Assembly (NCBI RefSeq): GCF_003324675.1
Contig: NZ_CP030918.1
Coordinates: 2,910,001 to 2,942,000 of the forward strand
Source of the DNA: Paracoccus suum
GTDB taxonomy: Bacteria; Pseudomonadota; Alphaproteobacteria; Rhodobacterales; Rhodobacteraceae
Length of the DNA stretch: 32,000 nucleotides
Reading direction: 5' to 3'
Program-made: the position numbers and the translations under genes
In this document: positions 25,971-32,000 of the stretch, piece after piece
Layout of the letters: each line of letters opens with the position of its first letter
Position numbering within the stretch: position 1 is the first letter of the stretch
The notes under the pieces: model-generated
Told to the model about the DNA's origin: nothing
What the model saw: the letters and a program-made list of their open reading frames with translations, nothing else
Database searches by the model: none

Positions 25971-26870
25971 TTAGACCCACTTGGCCAGCGGCGGCAGGCT
26001 CATCAGGACGGCATCGGGATCATGCGCCGTCTCAAGCCCGAACTTGGTGCCGCGGTCGTAGACGAGGTTGTACTCGGCATAGAGGCCGCGGTGGATCAGC
26101 TGCGTGTCCCGGTCAGCCTCGCTCCAGGCCTGGCCCATCCGGCGCCGCACCAGCGGCAGATAAGCGGGCAGGAAGGCGGCGCCGACATCGCGGGTAAAGG
26201 CAAAGTCGGCGTCCCAGTCGGCGCTATTCAGATCGTCGTAGAAGATGCCGCCGACGCCCCGCGCGCGGCCGCGGTGGGGGATAAAGAAATACTCGTCCGC
26301 CCAGGCCTTGAAGCGCGGATAGTATTCCGCGTCATGGATGCCGCAGGCGGCCTGCAGGGTCGCGTGGAAATGGACGGTATCGTCGGGATATTCGATGCAC
26401 GGGTTCAGGTCGGCGCCGCCGCCGAACCACCACGCACCGGGCGTCCAGAACATGCGCGTGTTCATGTGCACCGCCGGCACATGGGGATTCTGCATATGCG
26501 CCACCAGACTGATGCCGCTCGCCCAGAAACGATTGTCACCTGCGCCATCCTCGCCCGAGGCATCCATGCCGGGCACGCCGCGCGCCGCCATCGCCGCCTG
26601 CGCGCGAGGCGCGAGGGTTCCGTGAACTTCGGACCAGTTGACGCCAACTTTCTCGAAGATGCGGCCGCCGCGCAGCACCGACATAAGCCCGCCACCACCA
26701 TCCGCGCCGCCGTCGTCGCGCTTGGTCGGGGTCACCTCGAACCGGCCGGGCTGGGCAGTGCCAGGCGCGCCACCGCGCACGGCTTCGACCTCGATCTGCT
26801 CGAACGCCTCGACGATGCGGTCGCGAAGCGCGTGAAACCAGCTGGCGGCCTGCGTGCGCTGCCCCGTCAT
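25971..26870 (-). CDS. hemF: Oxygen-dependent coproporphyrinogen III oxidase
   Basis: NPHVPAVHMNTRMFW...WWFGGGADLNP...HRGRARGVGGIFYDD...YAEYNLVYDRGTKFGL matches the HemF signature blocks. The start is set at ATG 26870 (299 aa, with GGAGGA 10 nt upstream). The ORF track extends to ATG 26963 (330 aa), which cannot be excluded. Confidence 0.9.
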   Translation of the reverse strand: MTGQRTQAASWFHALRDRIVEAFEQIEVEAVRGGAPGTAQPGRFEVTPTKRDDGGADGGGGLMSVLRGGRIFEKVGVNWSEVHGTLAPRAQAAMAARGVPGMDASGEDGAGDNRFWASGISLVAHMQNPHVPAVHMNTRMFWTPGAWWFGGGADLNPCIEYPDDTVHFHATLQAACGIHDAEYYPRFKAWADEYFFIPHRGRARGVGGIFYDDLNSADWDADFAFTRDVGAAFLPAYLPLVRRRMGQAWSEADRDTQLIHRGLYAEYNLVYDRGTKFGLETAHDPDAVLMSLPPLAKWV

Positions 26871-27031
26871 CGCGCGCGCATCCTCCTGCCCCGGCTCGCG
26901 CCCGCCGACCTGGGCCGCCACCGATGCGTAATCGCCGTCATCCGCCATGTCTGTCCCCACCATCGACGCGATGGACCGCCGATCTGCCGGCAGTTATACT
27001 TGCGTCCGCGTCCGGAATAGAGGTCAGGCGC

Positions 27032-27448
27032 ATGCCCCGCAACCGTACCATGCTGCCCATGGCCCTCGCCCTTGTCGCCGCACTCGGCGCCTGCGGCACC
27101 CCCAAGGAGCAGTGCGTCAGCCGCAACACCCAGGAATACCGCACACTCGCCCGCCTGCTGGCCGAGGTCGAGGGCAACCTGGCGCGCGGCTATGCCTGGG
27201 ACGAGCGGCCGGTCACCACCACCGAATGGCGCGAGTGCCGGGACGTCGTGCGCGGCCGCGATGGCCGCCCGGTCGTCATCCCGCGCCCCTGCCTGCGCGA
27301 CGTGACCGAGATGGAACGGTTCCGCGTGCCGATCGATCCGGCCGCCGAAGCGCGCAAGGCGGCCGGCCTGCGCAAGCGCCTCGATGCGCTGCGGCCGCAT
27401 GCCGAGGCCGTGTTGCGCGCTTGCACCGCCGCCTACCCAGAGGGCTAA
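27032..27448 (+). CDS. Small Cys-containing lipoprotein of unknown function
   Basis: ORF 26924..27448 trimmed to the ATG at 27032. MPRNRTMLPMALALVAALGAC carries a lipobox (LGAC). The 138-aa precursor has four further Cys in the mature part. I recognise no family. Confidence 0.6.
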   Translation: MPRNRTMLPMALALVAALGACGTPKEQCVSRNTQEYRTLARLLAEVEGNLARGYAWDERPVTTTEWRECRDVVRGRDGRPVVIPRPCLRDVTEMERFRVPIDPAAEARKAAGLRKRLDALRPHAEAVLRACTAAYPEG

Positions 27449-27463
27449 GGCACAGGCTTTGCG

Positions 27464-27488
27464 GGAACCCGCCACGTCAACCTGCGTT
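27464..27488 (+). promoter_or_regulatory. EcfG (sigma-T/RpoE2)-type general stress response promoter
   Basis: GGAAC at 27464-27468, exactly 16 nt of spacer (27469-27484), then CGTT at 27485-27488. It ends 55 nt upstream of the ATG at 27544. My manual scan of both strands found no other GGAAC-N16/17-CGTT match in the window. Confidence 0.6.
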
Positions 27489-27543
27489 TTTCCGGCAGCG
27501 CCAATTCCCTGTCGGCGTTGGCATAAGGCGGAAGGAAGCCCCC

Positions 27544-27618
27544 ATGAGCTCTATCATTTATCTCGTCGGCCTCGTCGTGGTCGTGCTGTTCGTTCTGTCC
27601 CTTCTCGGACTGCGGTGA
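27544..27618 (+). CDS. 24-aa hydrophobic small membrane peptide (MSSIIYLVGLVVVVLFVLSLLGLR)
   Basis: ATG at 27544 is preceded by GGAAGGAAG. It is a single predicted TM helix with a terminal Arg. Its stop TGA (27616-27618) overlaps the next ATG (TGATG), which suggests translational coupling. It lies downstream of the stress promoter. It appears in the ORF track only as the tail of the spurious ORF 26947..27618. Confidence 0.5.
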   Translation: MSSIIYLVGLVVVVLFVLSLLGLR

Positions 27619-28811
27619 TGGCCATGCGTGAAACTACTGTGATTCGCTCCGGCGATGGCGGCGGCGGAGGCGATCGCGGCTATGTGGACTGGGGCGCGAT
27701 CTTCGCCGGCGCAGCGATTGCCGCCGGCGTTTCTGTAATCATGACCGCCTTTGCCGCAGCCTTGGGGCTCGGCTCGATCTCGGACGAAGGGGTTAGCGGC
27801 TTCGGTCTGGTGCTGACGGCGCTCTTTACCGTCATCTCGATGGTCGCGGCTTATATGCTGGGCGGCTATATCGCCGGCCGTATGCGCCGCCGCGTCGATG
27901 GGGCCGCCAGTGAAGAGGTGACCGCGCGCGATGGCATCCACGGCCTCGTGGTGTGGTCACTGGGCACCCTGCTGGGCGGCTTTCTGGCCGTCAGCGCGAT
28001 CACCGGCGGGGCGAAAGCCGTCGGTAGCGCAGCCGGCACGGCGATCGAGGCTGCGGGTTCGGCCGTTGGCGGTATCGCTCAGGGCGCAGGCAATCTCGCG
28101 GGTGGCGCTATCTCCGGTGTTGGCCAAGCGGTTGGAGGAGTTGCATCGGGGGCTGGTCAGGCTGCCGGTCCGGCGCTTGCTGACATGTTGCCGCAAGGGA
28201 TGACCAGCAATCCGCTGGACTACATCACCGACACCCTGCTGCGCCCCGCTGCGCGCAAGGTCGAGGCAGCCGGCAGCCCGTCGCAGGCGGTTGCCCAGAC
28301 CCCGATCCCCGGTAGCCCGACCGGCACGACGGTTGGCGAAGCCGCGGCACGGCCGACCCCGGCGACCCCCGGCCAGACCGGTGACGTCCGGGCGGAAATC
28401 GTCGGCATCCTGGCCAATGTGCTGCGTACCGGCGAGATCAGCGATGCCGACCGCAACTACGCGGCCGAGCTGGTCGCCCAGCACACCAACCTGTCCAAGG
28501 AAGAGGTCGATCAGCGCGTCAACAGTGCCATCGACGGGACTCAAAAGCTGCGCGCCGAAGCCGAGGCCAAGCTGAAAGAGGTCCAGGACCAGGCTGCAAA
28601 GCTGAAGGCCGACGCCGAGCAGGCCGCCGCCGAAGCCAAGCAGAAGGCCATCGACGCCGCCGAGACTGCGCGCCACAGCGCTATCCTGAGCGCGTTCCTG
28701 CTGGCCGCCTCGTCGCTGATTGCTGCTGCCGCCGCCTATATCGGTGCGGTGAAGGGTGGTCGCCACCGCGACGAAGGCAAGCTGTGGAAATGGCTTACCT
28801 ATAGCCGCTGA
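27618..28811 (+). CDS. Membrane protein with three N-terminal TM helices, a heptad Gly/Ala repeat, a coiled-coil and a C-terminal TM anchor; function unknown
   Basis: ORF 27384..28811 trimmed to the ATG at 27618 (MAMRETTV). The TM helices are WGAIFAGAAIAAGVSVIMTAFAAALGL, GFGLVLTALFTVISMVAAYMLGGYIAG and GLVVWSLGTLLGGFLAVSAI. The repeat is AVGSAAG/TAIEAAG/SAVGGIA/QGAGNLA/GGAISGV/GQAVGGV/ASGAGQA. The charged helix is KLRAEAEAKLKEVQDQAAKLKADAEQAAAEAKQKAIDAAE. The terminal TM is ILSAFLLAASSLIAAAAAYIGAV. Confidence 0.75.
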   Translation: MAMRETTVIRSGDGGGGGDRGYVDWGAIFAGAAIAAGVSVIMTAFAAALGLGSISDEGVSGFGLVLTALFTVISMVAAYMLGGYIAGRMRRRVDGAASEEVTARDGIHGLVVWSLGTLLGGFLAVSAITGGAKAVGSAAGTAIEAAGSAVGGIAQGAGNLAGGAISGVGQAVGGVASGAGQAAGPALADMLPQGMTSNPLDYITDTLLRPAARKVEAAGSPSQAVAQTPIPGSPTGTTVGEAAARPTPATPGQTGDVRAEIVGILANVLRTGEISDADRNYAAELVAQHTNLSKEEVDQRVNSAIDGTQKLRAEAEAKLKEVQDQAAKLKADAEQAAAEAKQKAIDAAETARHSAILSAFLLAASSLIAAAAAYIGAVKGGRHRDEGKLWKWLTYSR

Positions 28812-28837
28812 TCCCCGGCTTTCCTGAGCTAAAATCG

Positions 28838-28867
28838 CGGCCGGCCCCACATCGTGGCCGGCCGTTT
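28838..28867 (+). terminator. Rho-independent-type terminator of the stress-promoter unit
   Basis: CGGCCGGCC (28838-28846) is the exact reverse complement of GGCCGGCCG (28856-28864), with a 9-nt loop, followed by TTTCCGTT. It begins 27 nt after the stop at 28811. Confidence 0.6.
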
Positions 28868-28949
28868 CCGTTGTGCCGCCGCGCGCTTGGTCTGGCGTTC
28901 CGCGCCCATGCGCCCTATAGGGCCGCAACCCCGCAAAGCGAGACCCCGA

Positions 28950-30767
28950 ATGGATATCCGCAACATCGCGATCATCGCGCATGTCGACCACGGCAAAACC
29001 ACGCTTGTCGACAAGCTGCTGCAGCAGTCCGGCAGCTTCCGCGAGAACCAGGCCGTCGCCGAGCGGGTCATGGACAGCAACGATATCGAACGCGAGCGCG
29101 GCATCACTATTCTGGCCAAGGCCACCTCAGTCGAGTGGAAAGGCACCCGGATCAACATCGTCGACACCCCCGGCCACGCCGATTTTGGCGGCGAGGTCGA
29201 GCGAATCCTGTCGATGGTTGATGGCGTGTGCCTGCTGGTGGACGCCGCCGAAGGCCCGATGCCCCAGACCAAGTTCGTGACCAGCAAGGCCCTGGCCCTG
29301 GGGTTGAAGCCGATCGTCGTGCTGAACAAGGTGGACAAACCCGCGGCCGAGCCGGACGACGCGCTGAATGACGTGTTCGACCTGTTCGCCAACCTGGGCG
29401 CCAACGACGAGCAGCTGGATTTCCCGCATGTCTATGCCAGCGGCATCGGCGGCTGGGCCGACCTGACGCTGGACGGCCCGCGCAAGGACCTGTCAGCGCT
29501 GTTCGACCTGATCGTGCAGCATGTGAGCCCGCCGAAGCAAATGGCCCGCGTCAACGAGCCCTTCCAGATGCTGGCGACGACGCTGGGCGCCGACCCGTTC
29601 ATCGGACGCCTGCTGACCGGCCGGGTCGAGGCCGGACGCGCAAAAGCTGGCGACACCGTCAAGGTCCTCAGCCGGGACGGCGACCGCATCGAGCAGTTCC
29701 GCATCAGCAAGATCATGGCCTTCCGCGGCCTGACCCAGACCGCGATCGACGTGGCCGAGGCGGGCGATATCGTCAGCATCGCGGGTATGACCAAGGGCAC
29801 CGTCGCCGACACGATCTGCGCGCCCGAAATCGACACGCCCATCCCCTCGCAGCCCATCGACCCGCCAACCATCAGCGTGACCTTTGGCATCAACGACAGT
29901 CCGCTGGCAGGGCGCGACGGCAGCAAGGTGCAGTCCCGCGTCATCCGCGAGCGCCTGATGAAAGAGGCCGAGAGCAACGTCGCCATCAAGGTCGAGGATA
30001 CCCCCGGGGGCGACGCCTTCGTTGTCAGCGGCCGCGGCGAACTGCAGATGGGCGTCTTGATCGAGAACATGCGCCGCGAGGGCTTTGAGCTGTCGATCAG
30101 CCGCCCGCGAGTCATCTACCGCGACGAGGACGGCCAGCGGATGGAGCCGGTCGAGGAGGTCATCATCGACGTCGATGACGACTACACCGGCGCGGTCATC
30201 GACAAGCTGACCGGCGCGCGCAAGGGCGATCTCGTTGAGATGCGCCCCGCCGGCCACGGCAAGACACGCATCATCGCCCATGTCCCCAGCCGCGGCCTGA
30301 TCGGTTATCAGGGCGAGTTCATGACCGACACCCGCGGCAACGGTGTGCTGAACCGCATCTTTCACGGCTGGGTGCCCTACAAGGGCCCGATCCAGGGCCG
30401 CCGCCAGGGCGTTCTGATCAGCATGGAGAACGGTGTTTCGGTCGCCTATGCGCTGTGGAACCTTGAGGAGCGGGGCAAGCTGTTTATCGGCGCGCAGGAG
30501 CAGATCTACGAGGGCATGATCATCGGCGAGCACAGCCGGGACAACGACCTCGAGGTGAACCCGCTGAAGGGCAAGAAGCTGACCAACGTCCGGGCCAGCG
30601 GCACCGACGAGGCCGTACGCCTGACGACCCCCGTCCGTATGAGCTTGGAAGAGGCCATCGCCTATGTCGATGACGACGAGCTGGTCGAGGTCACGCCCAA
30701 GGTGATCCGCCTGCGCAAGCGGCACCTCGACCCGCACGAGCGCAAGCGTCAGGCGCGGGCCGAGTAG
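28950..30767 (+). CDS. typA: Translational GTPase TypA/BipA
   Basis: ORF 28854..30767 trimmed to the ATG at 28950. MDIRNIAIIAHVDHGKTTLVDKLL (G1), DTPGHADFGGEVER (G3) and NKVD (G4) are present. The 605-aa length and the C-terminal BipA-specific domain (LEVNPLKGKKLTNVRASGTDEAVRL) fit. Confidence 0.95.
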   Translation: MDIRNIAIIAHVDHGKTTLVDKLLQQSGSFRENQAVAERVMDSNDIERERGITILAKATSVEWKGTRINIVDTPGHADFGGEVERILSMVDGVCLLVDAAEGPMPQTKFVTSKALALGLKPIVVLNKVDKPAAEPDDALNDVFDLFANLGANDEQLDFPHVYASGIGGWADLTLDGPRKDLSALFDLIVQHVSPPKQMARVNEPFQMLATTLGADPFIGRLLTGRVEAGRAKAGDTVKVLSRDGDRIEQFRISKIMAFRGLTQTAIDVAEAGDIVSIAGMTKGTVADTICAPEIDTPIPSQPIDPPTISVTFGINDSPLAGRDGSKVQSRVIRERLMKEAESNVAIKVEDTPGGDAFVVSGRGELQMGVLIENMRREGFELSISRPRVIYRDEDGQRMEPVEEVIIDVDDDYTGAVIDKLTGARKGDLVEMRPAGHGKTRIIAHVPSRGLIGYQGEFMTDTRGNGVLNRIFHGWVPYKGPIQGRRQGVLISMENGVSVAYALWNLEERGKLFIGAQEQIYEGMIIGEHSRDNDLEVNPLKGKKLTNVRASGTDEAVRLTTPVRMSLEEAIAYVDDDELVEVTPKVIRLRKRHLDPHERKRQARAE

Positions 30768-30792
30768 GCTCAAGACCCGGTAAATCAAGGAG

Positions 30793-30820
30793 GGCGCTGC
30801 GCCGAACGGTGCGGCGCCTT
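30793..30820 (+). terminator. Hairpin terminator candidate downstream of typA
   Basis: GGCGCTGCGCC (30793-30803) pairs with GGTGCGGCGCC (30808-30818) as an 11-bp stem with two G-U pairs and loop GAAC, followed by only TT. Confidence 0.4.
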
Positions 30821-30920
30821 CCTGTCTCGATAGGCCAGATGTCCCGGCGCAAGCATGCGACGCGGGCCGTAGGCGTCGCTTCGCCCGCGGCTCGGCACCG
30901 CACCTATTCAAATTGTTTCT

Positions 30921-30943
30921 AAATGAGACTTTTTTATTCATTT
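30921..30943. promoter_or_regulatory. Inverted repeat in the AT-rich region upstream of the TetR-like gene (candidate operator/promoter)
   Basis: AAATGA (30921-30926) and TCATTT (30938-30943) are reverse complements separated by 11 nt. They are embedded in the most AT-rich stretch of the window (~30900-30960), ~85 nt upstream of the regulator start. The operator role is inferred only. Confidence 0.3.
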
Positions 30944-31027
30944 GCCTGCTGTATTTTGTGACCGACTCACCCGCGGCGGGATTTCTGGCCGAAAAATTCA
31001 ACTACATCGTTAACGGAGGCATTGCGG

Positions 31028-31696
31028 TTGGCCGGAATTTTGACGCCTGATGAAAGCGATTTCGGAAGCACTCCCTATGACCGGATGGTGCGCACCGCCG
31101 AGATGCAATTCTTCGACGTCCTGCCCGGTGTGAATCTTCTGGCCATCGCCGAGGCGGCCGGCGTGTCGGCGGATCTGGCCGAACGACTGTTTCCGAACGA
31201 GGACGCGCTGGGCGTCGCGGTGGTCGAAAATCTCATGGTGCGCCTGATTCATCACCTCAGCAGGCGCACCACCGCCGCCCCCGCACACGACCCGGTTGCC
31301 CAGTTCCGGGCGCTGTTCGACGGCTACGTGGAATGGGCGGTGGAACATTCGTCCAGTGCCGCCGTCCTGGCCGAACGCAATGCCGCGGCCGTGGCGGGCA
31401 AGCGCGAGCTTGAAAAATACGACCGTGCAATCAATGGGCTCGCCCAATCGCTGCTGCGCCGTGCGGCGGGCCAAGGGCGGCTTGTCGAGGGCCTCGACAT
31501 CAAGGCGTCGGTCTATCATGGGCGGGCACTGACCCTGGGCCTGACGCGGATGTCAGTCAGCACCAATCCGCTGAGCCGGCCGCGCGACAAGCTCGCCTTT
31601 GCGCGCGCCTGCAGAGGCGTCATGGAGCAGTATTACGGCGGGCTATTCCGCGCCCCGCAAAACGGCGAGGATCAGCCCATCCGCTCGGAGGCGTGA
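31028..31696 (+). CDS. TetR-family-like transcriptional regulator
   Basis: The N-terminal HTH-like segment is [45 protein letters not shown], followed by a helical C-terminal domain. The ORF-track start is TTG 31022, only 2 nt after GGAGG (31015-31019). TTG at 31028 has 8-nt spacing and is preferred. No ATG lies upstream of the HTH. Confidence 0.55.
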   Translation: MAGILTPDESDFGSTPYDRMVRTAEMQFFDVLPGVNLLAIAEAAGVSADLAERLFPNEDALGVAVVENLMVRLIHHLSRRTTAAPAHDPVAQFRALFDGYVEWAVEHSSSAAVLAERNAAAVAGKRELEKYDRAINGLAQSLLRRAAGQGRLVEGLDIKASVYHGRALTLGLTRMSVSTNPLSRPRDKLAFARACRGVMEQYYGGLFRAPQNGEDQPIRSEA

Positions 31697-32000
31697 TCGC
31701 CGGGGCTGGCGGGGAATACCACCGTCTTGGCCCCGTTTAGAAACGCGCGATGGTGGATATGCGCGTGAATGGCCCGCGCCAGCACCGCCGCCTCGACATC
31801 CCTGCCGAGGCTGACGTAGTCGGCCGCCGACTGGGCATGCGTGACGCGCACCGTGTCCTGCTCGATGATCGGACCCTCGTCCAGATCGGGGGTGACGTAG
31901 TGCGCCGTCGCGCCGATCAGCTTGACCCCACGTTCATGCGCCTGCTTGTAGGGATTGGCGCCCTTGAAGCTGGGCAGAAAGCTGTGGTGGATGTTGATGA
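31672..32000 (-). CDS. purU: Formyltetrahydrofolate deformylase (C-terminal part; gene runs off the window end)
   Basis: Absent from the ORF track because no start lies in the window. My minus-strand translation is [95 protein letters not shown]..., which matches the PurU formyltransferase core. The stop is TGA at 31674-31672. Confidence 0.9.
   Translation of the reverse strand, partial: INIHHSFLPSFKGANPYKQAHERGVKLIGATAHYVTPDLDEGPIIEQDTVRVTHAQSAADYVSLGRDVEAAVLARAIHAHIHHRAFLNGAKTVVFPASPGDHASERMG

Noticed and set aside
28870-28949. RpoH-like (CTTG...CCTATAG) or sigma-70-like promoter upstream of typA.
   Set aside because: The spacing between the CTTG and CCTAT elements is about 24 nt, well outside the 16-18 nt window. 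No acceptable -35/-10 pair could be supported by eye.
1-32000. Window-wide by-eye search for FNR/FnrL boxes (TTGAT-N4-ATCAA), RpoN -24/-12 elements (TGGCAC-N5-TTGC), CRISPR repeats, IS inverted repeats, and defence or toxin-antitoxin gene pairs.
   Set aside because: All TTGAT and TGGCAC occurrences lack the second half-site at the correct spacing and mostly lie inside genes. I noticed no repeated direct or inverted terminal sequences, and no small adjacent ORF pairs with TA-like features. A manual scan of 32 kb is not exhaustive.

Overview
High-GC alphaproteobacterial chromosomal segment, Rhodobacteraceae-like judging from the protein sequences and codon bias. It is almost fully coding, with about 30 genes. 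Left to right: (1) the tail of a sugar ABC importer (SBP and ATPase, minus strand); (2) an osmF-yehYXW-type betaine-family ABC importer followed by an M20 carbamoyl-amidohydrolase; (3) two divergently arranged molybdenum-hydroxylase modules. One module is a Tat-exported IorA/IorB-type pair followed by an unusual Pro/Ala/Thr-rich protein that ends in a two-CXXCH domain. The other is a signal-less PaoABC-like enzyme with its own XdhC/PaoD-type chaperone and a MocA-like nucleotidyltransferase. Then come (4) a DEAD-box helicase, a TauE/SafE permease, tRNA-Asn(GUU), an MBL-fold hydrolase, an orphan EnvZ-like histidine kinase, a fused HyuA/HyuB 5-oxoprolinase, hemF and a small lipoprotein; (5) a compact transcription unit with an exact EcfG-type general-stress promoter (GGAAC-N16-CGTT), a 24-codon hydrophobic ORF, a 397-aa glycine-repeat/coiled-coil membrane protein and a hairpin terminator; (6) typA/bipA, a TetR-like regulator and the 3' end of purU. 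I see no integrase, transposase, CRISPR array, restriction/defence hallmark or toxin-antitoxin pair, so this reads as core/metabolic chromosome rather than an island. The two places most likely to hide undescribed biology are the stress-promoter unit at 27464-28867 and the tethered di-CXXCH third gene of the iorAB-type operon at 7402-8655. All functional calls come from my own reading of the translations and motifs. No database search or computation was possible.
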